A DNA stretch of 64,000 bases from Candidatus Dormiibacterota bacterium (GTDB lineage: Bacteria; Chloroflexota; Dormibacteria; CF-121): NCBI GenBank assembly GCA_035279665.1, contig DATEHI010000152.1, positions 1,350 through 65,349 on the forward strand, read 5' to 3'. The notes under the pieces are model-generated. The model searched no databases and was not told the origin of the DNA. It saw only the letters and a list, made by a program, of their open reading frames with translations. Positions 18,537 to 27,317 of the stretch are shown piece by piece. A program made the position numbers and the translations under genes. Numbering within the stretch: the first letter of the stretch is position 1; the number at the start of each line of letters is the position of its first letter.

Positions 18537-19760
18537 ATGAGAATATGGGATTGCGGATATCAGGTATTGAATACGGTGATTGACCAGGACGCGGGGACAG
18601 CGGAGCGGACGCCCGCCAGCCGTGCGAAACGCCAGGCGGCCGAGTTGCTACCCCGTCTGCTCGAAGCGTTGCCCCTCGCGGTGGCGCTGTTCGAGCTCGA
18701 CGTCGACGGGTTCCGGTTCCGCTACGGCAACCAGGTGTTCGCTCGGATCCTTTCCCTCGACCGATTGCCCGATGACGGGCAGCTCGTCGGTGAAGTCTTC
18801 CGCCGGGAGGAGCACGACGCAGTCATCGACCTCTTCCAGCTCGTCCGTGTCAGCCGCGAACCACAGAGCTGCTTTGCAGCCGAGGGCGGACAGGGCGCAG
18901 AGACGAACCGCATCTTGAATATCGATGCCTACCCAATGCTCAAGCTCGGCCGCGTGAGCCATGTGCTGGTCCTGGTCGAACAGACGCAGGAGAAGCTGGA
19001 AGCGCGCCAGCGCCAGCAACTCGAGGCCAACCGCTTGCGCAAGAAGGCGGACCAGCTAGCGGGTTTGGAAAAGGCGAAGTCGGAATTCTTACGACTGGCG
19101 TCACACGAGCTCCGAGGACCCGCGGCCATGCTCGGCGGTTACCTCTCGATGATCGAAGACGAATCGTTGGGGCCGGTCCCGCAGGGGTTGCGTCCCGTGT
19201 TGCCGATGTTGAAAGCAAAAGCCGCGCAGATCAACCTCCTCGCCAACGAGATGGTGGAGGCGGCGCGGCTCGAAGATGGGCGCGTGCAGCTGAAGCGCAA
19301 GCGGGTCGATCTGCGGCAGGTGGTCCGTCGCAGTGTCGGGGCAGCGGAAACGACGGCCACACCGCAGCACCGGATCCGTTTTGAGGATCGCGCCAGCCGC
19401 GAGCTCTGGGTACTGGGTGACGTCTTGCGGCTGGAAATCATCGTCGCTAACCTGCTCGACAATGCCATCAAGTACTCGCCGAAGGGCGGCGATGTCACAG
19501 CCGAACTCTCGACCTCGGGCGACATCGCCGTGCTCAGCGTCCGAGACCAGGGCATCGGGATCGCCGCTCAGGACATGGAGCGGCTGTTCGTGCGCTTCAG
19601 CCGGCTGGCGACCCTCAACGACGTGCCCGGCACCGGGCTGGGCCTCTACCTGGCGAGAGAGCTGGCCCGTCTGCACAAGGGTGAAATCGTGTGCGTCTCG
19701 AAACTCGGTGAGGGGAGCGAGTTCGTGCTGAGTCTCCCGGTTGAGCCCGCCAGCAAGTAA
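18537..19760 (+). CDS. PAS-containing sensor histidine kinase (HisKA plus HATPase_c)
   Basis: The H-box is LASHELRGP. The N, G1 and G2 boxes are LLDNAIKYSP, DQGIGI and GTGLGL. The exact start is uncertain (the ATG at 18537 sits in an AT-rich promoter region). Confidence 0.75.
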   Translation: MRIWDCGYQVLNTVIDQDAGTAERTPASRAKRQAAELLPRLLEALPLAVALFELDVDGFRFRYGNQVFARILSLDRLPDDGQLVGEVFRREEHDAVIDLFQLVRVSREPQSCFAAEGGQGAETNRILNIDAYPMLKLGRVSHVLVLVEQTQEKLEARQRQQLEANRLRKKADQLAGLEKAKSEFLRLASHELRGPAAMLGGYLSMIEDESLGPVPQGLRPVLPMLKAKAAQINLLANEMVEAARLEDGRVQLKRKRVDLRQVVRRSVGAAETTATPQHRIRFEDRASRELWVLGDVLRLEIIVANLLDNAIKYSPKGGDVTAELSTSGDIAVLSVRDQGIGIAAQDMERLFVRFSRLATLNDVPGTGLGLYLARELARLHKGEIVCVSKLGEGSEFVLSLPVEPASK

Positions 19761-20349
19761 GCCCCTGACCCTAACGGCGCTGCGCGAGGCGGCAGCCGGC
19801 TGTCGTGCCTGTGACCTCTACAAGACCGGCACCCAGACCGTGTTCGGCGAGGGCCCGGAACACGCCCAGGTCATGTTCGTTGGGGAGCAGCCCGGCGACT
19901 GTGAGGACATGGAGGGCAAGCCGTTTGTCGGCCCGGCCGGACGTGTGCTCGACGAGGCGCTCAAGGAGGCGGGTATCGATCGCCGCCGTGTCTACGTCAC
20001 CAACGCCGTCAAGCACTTCAAGTGGAAGCCGCAGGGGAAGCGTCGCCTGCACCAGAAGCCGAACGCGGCCGAGATCACCGCCTGTCGTCGGTGGTTGGAT
20101 GCTGAGATGGCGGCCGTGATGCCGCACCTCCTGGTGCTCCTCGGGGCGACCGCCGCCCAGGCGCTATTGGGTCGCGATTTCCGGGTGAGCCTGCAACGCG
20201 GTCGGCTCATCGAGCGGCTGGGTCTGCCGCCGGTCATGGCGACCGTGCACCCCTCGTCGATTCTGCGCGCGCCCGACGACGAGACCCGTGAACTCGAGAT
20301 GCGCGCCTTCATTCACGACTTGAGGCGGCTAACCGAGTTTCTTCGCTAA
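19741..20349 (+). CDS. udgX: UdgX-like family-4 uracil-DNA glycosylase carrying the KRRxH loop
   Basis: The GEGP motif, FVGEQPG, the GKRRLHQKP loop (compare M. smegmatis UdgX GKRRIHKTP) and the VHPSS motif are present. The TTG start at 19741 overlaps the kinase stop by 20 nt. Confidence 0.7.
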   Translation: MSPPASKPLTLTALREAAAGCRACDLYKTGTQTVFGEGPEHAQVMFVGEQPGDCEDMEGKPFVGPAGRVLDEALKEAGIDRRRVYVTNAVKHFKWKPQGKRRLHQKPNAAEITACRRWLDAEMAAVMPHLLVLLGATAAQALLGRDFRVSLQRGRLIERLGLPPVMATVHPSSILRAPDDETRELEMRAFIHDLRRLTEFLR

Positions 20350-20509
20350 CGCCAGAGCAATCGCCAGAGGCCGGCGCGGCCGAGCGCCCGCCCCACGATC
20401 TTGTTCTTAGCCCGTCGCGTGATCCGCTGCGGATTGCCCGAGGCCAGCGTCGAGACATCGTTCGCCAGCCGAGCGGCGGCGTACAGCTGCGACACGAGGC
20501 CTCGACGCC

Positions 20510-20773
20510 TCATTCGAAGACCTGGTCGATGAGACTTTTCGCATCTCGTGCCAGCTCGCCGCGCTCCGCCTCGTAGGCTTCGATCACCTGGAGGAGCTGT
20601 TGCGCCTGGTCGGGCTCCCGCAGTCCGAGCACGAGGCCGACTGAGAGCCAGTAGTCGGCGGTTTCGAGCAGGTTGGCATGGATATCATCTGGCGTTTCGC
20701 CCAGCACCTCGCTCATCGAACCGATCAGGGCGCGCCCGTAACGGGCCCATTGCTCATCGACGGAAGGTTTCAT
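20510..20773 (-). CDS. Hypothetical small acidic protein (87 aa)
   Basis: Clean ORF with an ATG start and no detectable domain. Confidence 0.35.
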   Translation of the reverse strand: MKPSVDEQWARYGRALIGSMSEVLGETPDDIHANLLETADYWLSVGLVLGLREPDQAQQLLQVIEAYEAERGELARDAKSLIDQVFE

Positions 20774-20794
20774 AGAAACAGGGTAAACTGGCTA

Positions 20795-20886
20795 CCGCCT
20801 CCGCGGGGAGGTGGCAGAGTGGTCGAATGCGAGCGCCTGCTAAGCGCTTGAGCGGGTGTTTCCGCTCCCCGGGTTCGAATCCCGGC
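20795..20886 (+). tRNA. tRNA-Ser (anticodon GCU), class II with long variable arm and encoded CCA
   Basis: Acceptor GGGGAGG/CCTTCCC with one G-U pair. D-stem GCA/TGC. Anticodon stem AGCGC/GCGCT with loop CTGCTAA. T-arm CCGGG-TTCGAAT-CCCGG. Discriminator G then CCA. Confidence 0.85.
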
Positions 20887-20965
20887 CTTCCCGCCATTAC
20901 ACGTCACCCTCTGCATTGCTTGGGAACGCGAGAGGGCGGCCACGTGGCCGCCCCCAGCATCGTCT

Positions 20966-21709
20966 CTAGAAGCCTGGAGGATTGCAGGCGCCGCTCGGAA
21001 TCCCGTTTGAGGTATTCACCTGGGTGTTGTGCCCAATCTGGGAATATGGATCCGAGGTGCCGGTCAGGTCGTCGACCGTGCCTGTCGCCGGCGCGTATTC
21101 GTAGTCGAAGGTTCCTTTGAACGTCGCGTGGTACGACTCACAGCGGCTGCTCCCCGAGTTGCTGTTCTGCCACAGGGCGCCATTGCCGGTCCAGGTCACA
21201 CTGACGCTGACGGTGGTCAGCTGAGTGCCGGGGCCCGGGCCAGGACCGCCCATCGCGATCACGCTCTGGAGGCCTGGCCGTGCGCCCGCCGCTTTGCCGA
21301 CGGGAATGCCGCCGCACACTTCATCGGCGGTCGCCGAGTACGTGATCGAGGCGCTCGACAGGTCTGAAGCTACGACAAACTTGGAGGAGTCCTTGAGCAT
21401 CCAACAACCAAAGGCAAACGTGCCATCGGCTTTAGATTCGTTGACCTGCAGGATCGTGCCTTCCTGCGTGAAGGGCGTTCCGGTCCCTTTCTTTGGCCGG
21501 AACGTCTGCTTGCCGCGATCCACGTACACGCTCACGTTGCTGTATTCGCCACCGGCGGCGGGCGTGAAGTTCGCAGTGGCCGTCCAATCGGAGAAGGTGC
21601 ACTTACCCGGGCCACAGCCACCACCCCCGCCGCCAGCGATCGCTGTAGCGGCCAGCGCGATCGAGATCAGCCCGAAAACACCGCCGACGGTGAGAACTCG
21701 CTTGATCAA
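20966..21709 (-). CDS. Secreted hypothetical protein (signal peptide, Gly-rich, Cys-containing; lower GC than its surroundings)
   Basis: MIKRVLTVGGVFGLISIALAATAIAGGGGGG... is followed by a 247-aa product with no homology. Local GC drops noticeably between about 21370 and 21560. Confidence 0.5.
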   Translation of the reverse strand: MIKRVLTVGGVFGLISIALAATAIAGGGGGGCGPGKCTFSDWTATANFTPAAGGEYSNVSVYVDRGKQTFRPKKGTGTPFTQEGTILQVNESKADGTFAFGCWMLKDSSKFVVASDLSSASITYSATADEVCGGIPVGKAAGARPGLQSVIAMGGPGPGPGTQLTTVSVSVTWTGNGALWQNSNSGSSRCESYHATFKGTFDYEYAPATGTVDDLTGTSDPYSQIGHNTQVNTSNGIPSGACNPPGF

Positions 21710-21968
21710 TGTCTCTTTCCTTCTCGCGGCGTCCTTCTACGCCGCGACCGTAATGTGTCGACGCCTAGTTACGAGGCAATCCTTGCCACCCCACCCCCTG
21801 TTTTGCATGATCCTGAGCCACAAACGCTGGCTTCGATCGTCTGGTTACGATGGCATCTGCCTCAGCGGTGGGTCAAGGCTAGCGCGCACTCAGCCACGTG
21901 CCTAGACGGCTCTGCACCATTTCTGCTGGTCCGCTTGGCCGTTGTGCGTTGACCGGCGGTGATGCCGG

Positions 21969-22481
21969 TCAGGTCGGCCAGATGTCCAGCTCGTCGAGTC
22001 GATTCATTCCGAGCGTCGCGGAGATCTCGCCACTGTGGTAAGCGTCGTGCGTGATAAGGCGCATGAGCACGGCCTGGCGAGTGTGGATCTGGATCGCGCC
22101 GCGGCTCTCTCGAGGGAATTTCTCCTGAAGCATCTCGGGCGTCCATCGATCGAGACAATCCTGAATGACGCTCCAGGATGATTCGAGTGCCGAGACGAGC
22201 TCGCTCGCCCGCCGGGGATGGGTCGGGTCGTCTTCCCAGCCCTCTCCGGTGGGACTGACAAAACGATTGCGTTCGGCTCCGGGTTCCTTGAAGATATGGC
22301 ACAGCCAGTACACGCGGGCCCCGGCGGTGTGCGCGGTGATGGCCCAGATCGGCCAGAGGTCAGGCGACGGCCGCAGCTGGAGTTGCTCGAGAGAAAGGGC
22401 GGCGATCCTCTGGACCAGGCGTTCCTGAACGAATTGCCATCCGCCATAGAACGGCGCGATGTTCGGTGCGTTCCTACTCAC
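21969..22481 (-). CDS. DinB/YfiT-like (DinB_2) metal-dependent four-helix-bundle protein
   Basis: The His-containing motifs WAITAHTAG and THDAYHSGEI are typical of the DinB_2 family. Confidence 0.6.
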   Translation of the reverse strand: MSRNAPNIAPFYGGWQFVQERLVQRIAALSLEQLQLRPSPDLWPIWAITAHTAGARVYWLCHIFKEPGAERNRFVSPTGEGWEDDPTHPRRASELVSALESSWSVIQDCLDRWTPEMLQEKFPRESRGAIQIHTRQAVLMRLITHDAYHSGEISATLGMNRLDELDIWPT

Positions 22482-22489
22482 CAGGTAGG

Positions 22490-23215
22490 TTATTTAACAC
22501 CGACCAGCGAGACCAGCGCCTGCGCATCGCTGACCGCATGTCCTTCCATGTCGTTATTGAAATACACGAAGACATCGAGCCCACCGCGGCGCCAGTCGCC
22601 GACGCGATTGGCCCACGGCTCCAGCGCGCTGCGGCCATAAGCGAGGCCTCGAGGGGGCAGATGCATCCTTATATATGTGAAGTCGCTGGTGATCTCCAGC
22701 GACTTGGGCATCTTCGGGTGGTCTGGGATGCAGAGAGCGATCCGGTGAGCGCGTAGCAGGTCGAAGACCGCCGGCACGAGCCATGAGTCGTGGCGGAACT
22801 CGAGCGTGAAGCGCACGCCCGCCGGCAGCATGGCAACGAAGTGCCCTAAACGCTGCAGGTCGAGGTGGAAGTTAGCCTGCAGCTGGAAGAGGATGGGTCC
22901 CAGCTTGTCGCCCAGCCCGACCGCCGCATCGACGACCAGGTCGATCGACGTCTTTTCGACCGCGAGTCGCTTGATGTGAGTGACGTAGCGGCTGCCTTTG
23001 ACCGCAAACAGGAAGCCTGGTGGCGCCTGCTCTCTCCAGGCCTCGAATTGCTCCCGCGGCGGCTGTCGATAGAAGGAGTTGTTGAGCTCGACCGTGTTGA
23101 AGTGCTGCGCATAGAAGGCGAAGTGCTCTCGCGCCGGCATCTTGTCCGGATAGAAGAGCTTGCGCCAGTGTGGATAGGACCAGCCCGAACAGCCGATTCG
23201 GATATCGCCCGCCAT
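22490..23215 (-). CDS. DUF72 (YecE-like) family protein
   Basis: The N-terminus IRIGCSGWSYPHWRKLFYP is the DUF72 hallmark. Confidence 0.75.
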   Translation of the reverse strand: MAGDIRIGCSGWSYPHWRKLFYPDKMPAREHFAFYAQHFNTVELNNSFYRQPPREQFEAWREQAPPGFLFAVKGSRYVTHIKRLAVEKTSIDLVVDAAVGLGDKLGPILFQLQANFHLDLQRLGHFVAMLPAGVRFTLEFRHDSWLVPAVFDLLRAHRIALCIPDHPKMPKSLEITSDFTYIRMHLPPRGLAYGRSALEPWANRVGDWRRGGLDVFVYFNNDMEGHAVSDAQALVSLVGVK

Positions 23216-23245
23216 CGATGACCATTCTGCAAAAGCGCGCTGAGG

Positions 23246-24532
23246 TCAGGCTGCGGGGGCAGTATCGGGCGCGCGCGCCGAGTAGTAATCGTAGACAGGT
23301 GGGATCGCCAGCAGCCGTCCGTCATCCGCGCGAGCCAATTTCCATCCGCCTTCGTGCACCATCCAATGATGGCGGTGGCACAGCAGGATTAAATTGGATA
23401 GGTCGGTGACGCCGCCCTGAACCCAGTGAACGAGGTGGTGCGCGGCACTCCGTGACGCCGTGCGTTCGCACCCGGGCCACTGGCAGTGCTGGTCGCGAGC
23501 ATTCAGCGCGCGGCGGGTCGCGCCGGAGACGACTCGCGCCGCTCGGCCGACGTCGACCACGACCGAGTCCGGGCCGAACACGACGCGCGCAATGTTGCCA
23601 TCGCATGCCAGTCGCTGCACGGTTGTTGACGAGATCGGCGTCGAGAACTCCATATCCGCCGCCGGCGATCCGGGCAATCCTTGCAGCGTTTCGAGTGTGG
23701 TCGTGACCTGGAGATGCGGGCGCTGGCTCGCGTGCTGAGGCACCAGCCCGGCATCGAGCGAATGAAGCGACAGCTCGACGAGCGCATCGCCCTGGCGCCG
23801 CTCGAGGCAGCGTTCGTCACCCTGGCCCATCGGTTGCGCCAGCGGCTCGAGAGCAGTGCGGAAGGCAGCGCCGCCAACGGGGTCCAGCTGTCCACTGATG
23901 TGGAGCGACCCGTCTTCCCACACGCTCAGCTTCAGGCCTCGCTCCTCGACAGCAACGCGATGATCTCGCTCCACACCTTCCGGGTCGAGCGCATGGCGCA
24001 GGCGTTCGCAGTAATGCCAGAGCCGTCCCGCTGACGATTCCCGGGCGCGTTCGAGGACGTCATCTTCGTGGAACACGGACTCCGGGGCGGTATTCGAAAG
24101 CGCGGTCGCCGTGCGGGCAATAACCGATAGGTGGGCGAAACCGATCTCACCACCGACCATCGCCTGCGCGCATTTCACAATCCGGGGTAGCTGCTCGCCG
24201 ACATTGATGCAGTCATAGGCCGCGCCGCTCTTCATCTTGCAGTTATGCCGGATCCACTCGCCGGCGGTTGGGGCATCGAGCCGGTCCGCTGTTTCCTCCT
24301 CACGAAACTGTGCCGACAGGCGCGCCGCTTCCTTCGAGAAGGCGAGACTGAGACGATCGCGCACGTAGCTGAGCCGCTTCAGCCTGCCGGAGATATCGCC
24401 CTGGGGCAGGTCGCAAACAATCAAGTCCAAGAACTCATCGACGTCGCGACGGAGCGGCACGTCAAGCGAGTCGCGGCTCGGAGTAGCGACGATGCTCATC
24501 AGGTCTTGCAAAAGAGCGGCGACGTCTTCCAC
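23246..24532 (-). CDS. DUF222 plus HNH endonuclease-domain protein (actinobacterial 13E12-repeat-type)
   Basis: The C-terminal HNH motif is CQWPGCERTASRSAAHHLVHWVQGG...LILLCHRHHWMVHEGGW, and the N-terminal region is DUF222. Confidence 0.75.
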   Translation of the reverse strand: MEDVAALLQDLMSIVATPSRDSLDVPLRRDVDEFLDLIVCDLPQGDISGRLKRLSYVRDRLSLAFSKEAARLSAQFREEETADRLDAPTAGEWIRHNCKMKSGAAYDCINVGEQLPRIVKCAQAMVGGEIGFAHLSVIARTATALSNTAPESVFHEDDVLERARESSAGRLWHYCERLRHALDPEGVERDHRVAVEERGLKLSVWEDGSLHISGQLDPVGGAAFRTALEPLAQPMGQGDERCLERRQGDALVELSLHSLDAGLVPQHASQRPHLQVTTTLETLQGLPGSPAADMEFSTPISSTTVQRLACDGNIARVVFGPDSVVVDVGRAARVVSGATRRALNARDQHCQWPGCERTASRSAAHHLVHWVQGGVTDLSNLILLCHRHHWMVHEGGWKLARADDGRLLAIPPVYDYYSARAPDTAPAA

Positions 24533-24708
24533 ATCCGAAGCTCCAGCTGGCGCCGCGCACGACGGAGCCGGCCGACCCTGGCAAGCTCGTCGTCAATCCG
24601 CTGGTTGGTACGGCGGATGTGCTCGTCAAGGGCTACGGCCAAATCCTCGAACCGGTAGCTGGGCCTCGCCGACACTCCCCCCACCCCCATCTTCACGAGC
24701 ACATTATA

Positions 24709-24722
24709 CGAACATATGTTCG
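24709..24722. promoter_or_regulatory. LexA (Cheo-type SOS) box CGAACATATGTTCG, perfect palindrome
   Basis: The sequence lies within the 18-bp perfect palindrome TACGAACATATGTTCGTA. It overlaps a TATGTT -10-like hexamer and sits 52 nt upstream of the small RAM-domain gene. Confidence 0.7.
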
Positions 24723-24773
24723 TAGTGTCAAGAGGCTTTGAGGTCTGCCAAACGAGGTGAGAGAATCCCCTTC

Positions 24774-25061
24774 GTGGTCACTGCCGTCGTCCTCATCGAG
24801 GCGGAAAGGTCTGCGATCGCCAAGCTCGGGCCTGCGCTCGCCGACGTGCCAGGTGTCGCCGAGGCGTACTCCGTCACCGGAGAATTCGATTTCGTGGTGA
24901 TCGTCAGGGTCAAGAATCACGAAGAGATCGCCGACGTCGTGACCTCACGGCTGTCGCAGGTGCCGGGGATCGTCAAGACCCACACGCACGTCGCCTTCAA
25001 GGTCTACTCGAAGCACGACCTCGAGGCGATGTTCAGCGTCGGACTGCAGGAAGCGCGCTAG
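24774..25061 (+). CDS. Stand-alone Lrp/AsnC C-terminal (RAM) domain protein (95 aa)
   Basis: ...AYSVTGEFDFVVIVRVKNHEEIADVV...GIVKTHTHVAFKVY is an AsnC_trans_reg fold. GTG at 24774 has a GAGGTGAGAG RBS 10 nt upstream; TTG at 24738 is the alternative. Confidence 0.6.
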   Translation: MVTAVVLIEAERSAIAKLGPALADVPGVAEAYSVTGEFDFVVIVRVKNHEEIADVVTSRLSQVPGIVKTHTHVAFKVYSKHDLEAMFSVGLQEAR

Positions 25062-25084
25062 CCGGACGCGTGGCCGTCGCCGGC

Positions 25085-25113
25085 TTGACGAGCGAACATT
25101 TGTTCGATAAGAT
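25085..25113 (+). promoter_or_regulatory. Sigma-A-type promoter (TTGACG -17- TAAGAT) with an embedded LexA box CGAACATTTGTTCG (25093..25106) upstream of imuA'
   Basis: The GAAC-N4-GTTC core (GAACATTTGTTC) is a perfect Gram-positive/actinobacterial SOS box. It lies 96 nt upstream of the imuA' start. Confidence 0.7.
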
Positions 25114-25201
25114 CTAGCCAGCCTCAGCGTCTGGTCTTGCGTCCCCGGGGAGGCCTGATGTCACCGCGGTTCTCGCCATCTCTCCTTAGGGACGTGCTCA
25201 A

Positions 25202-25879
25202 ATGCCAGATCGGCTGCAACAAGCCATTACGGTGCTCCAGACCCGCTTCGGGAGCGCCGCGCCGCGCCCGTCGGCACCTCCGTGTCCGGCACGATCCTCC
25301 GGGATCCCCGAGCTCGATGCGTTGACTGGGATCGGCGGGTGGCCGGTGGGCCGGCTGAGCTTGCTGGCGGGACCGAGGGGTTCGGGCAAACGAACACTGG
25401 CGCAGCGCAGCGTCGCCGCCGCCAGCCGGGAGGGACCGGTTGCCTACGTCGACATTCCTGGCCGTCTCGATCCAGAATTTCTGAGCCACTTCGATGCGCG
25501 GCTCGACCACCTGCTGGTCGTGCGACCGAAATCCATCAAAGAAGCGATGGCCAGTGTACGGGTGCTGGCGCGTGCCGGCGTCGACTACATCGCCATCGAT
25601 CTGCCGCGCACGCGATCCTCGGGGCTCGATGCCGAGCTGCCGCACTTGTTGCACCGCGCCGCTGAAGCCGAGTGCACGCTCTTGCTGATCCATGACGCTG
25701 ACGCCGAGGACGCGATCCGCTATTACGCCAGCCTGATCCTGAGCTTCCAGCGCAGCGCCTGGGTCTTTCGCCGCGACGGCGATCTGGAAGGCTTGCAGGT
25801 CGATGCCGCCGTCGTCAAGAACCGGCTGGCGCCACCGGGCCGCACCGCCCGATGGATCGTTCCATACCCGATCCCATGA
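25202..25879 (+). CDS. imuA: ImuA' (RecA-fold SulA-like protein of the imuA'-imuB-dnaE2 mutasome)
   Basis: The Walker A-like motif LLAGPRGSGKRTLA and its position as first gene of the cassette behind a LexA box support the call. Confidence 0.7.
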   Translation: MPDRLQQAITVLQTRFGSAAPRPSAPPCPARSSGIPELDALTGIGGWPVGRLSLLAGPRGSGKRTLAQRSVAAASREGPVAYVDIPGRLDPEFLSHFDARLDHLLVVRPKSIKEAMASVRVLARAGVDYIAIDLPRTRSSGLDAELPHLLHRAAEAECTLLLIHDADAEDAIRYYASLILSFQRSAWVFRRDGDLEGLQVDAAVVKNRLAPPGRTARWIVPYPIP

Positions 25880-27066
25880 TCTGCTGCGTTCGCACGCCCC
25901 ACCCATCGCTGATCGCCGCCTGGCTGACGGCGCCGGCGTTGCGCGGCCGTCTACTGATCCTCGGCGGGTTCGCGCACGAGCGCGCTTCGGTGACGACGGC
26001 ATCGGCCGAAGCGCGGGCGCAGGGCGTGGTCGAGGGGATGAGCCTCAACCAGGCTCAACAATTTGCGCCCGACGCCATCTTTCAACCGGTCGACGAGGAG
26101 GCCACAGCCAGGGTCCGCCAGTCCCTGCTCCTGATCCTGCACCACTTCACCCCCGACGTGGCTGCCGGCGAGGATCCTGGCTGTGCCTTCCTCCGTCTCG
26201 ACCGGCTGGCCTTGCGCTGGCCCGACCGTTCGCAATTGCTGGCCGCCATCGGCCGTGCGATCGAGGCCGCCATCCGCGTCAGGCCGGCGATTGGCGTGGC
26301 GTCGTCGATGTTCGTCAGTGCGGTTGCGGCTGCCCATGCCACGGCTGCGGCCCCGGTGATCGTCGAGCAAGAGAACACGCGAGCCTTTCTCGCTCGCTAC
26401 CCGATCGATGTCCTGCCGCTCGATGACGACCTGCGTGAATACCTCGAGCTCCTCGGGATCAAGACGATCGGCCGTCTGCAGGCGATCTCTCGACCCGCGT
26501 TTCGCCGCCAGTTCGGCCAGAAAGCCCTCGTCGTCTATGACCTGGCGTTCGGCGATGACCGGCGTCGCTTACGGCCCTGGCGGCCGGCCGTCCGGATCGA
26601 GGAAAGCGAGCCACTCGAGCCGCCGGTCGACAACACCCAGGCGCTACAATTCATCGCCCGCGCGCTGGCCGAGCGGGTGAGCGCCTCACTGCTTTCGCAA
26701 GGGCTTGGGACACGCGCGGTCCGTATCACCCTCAACCAGGAGTCGGCACCGGCGCTGGTGATCGAGGCGCGCTTTGCCTACCCGATGACGACCGCGGGCG
26801 AGCTGTTCGATGGGATTCGCCCGCGATTGCTGCGCGCGTCGATCATCGCGCCGCTGGAACGGATCACGCTGCGCGCCGGCCGGCTGGAAGCGGCCTATGT
26901 TCGCCAACCCGGGCTGCTGATCCGACGCGATCCCTTCACGGAAGGGATCGCCGATGCGGTCGCGCGCCTACAGGAGGAGTACGGGCCGTCCCTGGTCCAG
27001 CGTGCCGAGGTCCGCAGCGATGCTGCGCCACTCCCGGACCACCGGATCCTGTGGAAACCCGCGTGA
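25852..27066 (+). CDS. imuB: ImuB (catalytically inactive Y-family polymerase-like protein), N-terminal 404 aa
   Basis: Y-family palm/fingers-like region. It overlaps the imuA' end by 28 nt. Its C-terminal domain appears to continue in a different frame (next feature). Confidence 0.7.
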   Translation: MDRSIPDPMICCVRTPHPSLIAAWLTAPALRGRLLILGGFAHERASVTTASAEARAQGVVEGMSLNQAQQFAPDAIFQPVDEEATARVRQSLLLILHHFTPDVAAGEDPGCAFLRLDRLALRWPDRSQLLAAIGRAIEAAIRVRPAIGVASSMFVSAVAAAHATAAAPVIVEQENTRAFLARYPIDVLPLDDDLREYLELLGIKTIGRLQAISRPAFRRQFGQKALVVYDLAFGDDRRRLRPWRPAVRIEESEPLEPPVDNTQALQFIARALAERVSASLLSQGLGTRAVRITLNQESAPALVIEARFAYPMTTAGELFDGIRPRLLRASIIAPLERITLRAGRLEAAYVRQPGLLIRRDPFTEGIADAVARLQEEYGPSLVQRAEVRSDAAPLPDHRILWKPA

Positions 27067-27317
27067 CGGAACTGCTGGCGCCGGCACGGCCGGTCCGGGT
27101 GCGTGTCGATGCGGATGGCGTGCCGACGCACCTCGAGTCGGCGGCCGGGTGGCAGCCGGTGACCCGTGTGCTCAACCGCTGGCGAATCGACTGCGACTGG
27201 TGGCGCAGCCCGGTCTCGCGCGAGTACTGGCGGCTGCTGATCGACGATGACCTCGCGCTCGAGTGCTATTGCAACCGGGCCAGTGCGGAATGGTTTGTCG
27301 AGCGCGTCTATGACTAG
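27051..27317 (+). CDS. imuB: ImuB C-terminal domain segment (88 aa) in the -1 frame relative to imuB. This is a frameshift or a split gene
   Basis: VTELLAPARPVRVRVDADGVPTHLE...RWRIDCDWWRSPVSREYWRLLIDDDLALECY...FVERVYD carries the WW / WR motifs of the ImuB C-terminal domain. Its GTG at 27051 overlaps the imuB stop region. Confidence 0.55.
   Translation: METRVTELLAPARPVRVRVDADGVPTHLESAAGWQPVTRVLNRWRIDCDWWRSPVSREYWRLLIDDDLALECYCNRASAEWFVERVYD

Noticed and set aside
20996-21004. Partial match (GGAATCCCG) to the tRNA-Ser 3' end downstream of the tRNA, as a possible attR
   Set aside because: Only 8-9 nt long, imperfect and inside a coding region. Too weak to call an integration scar.
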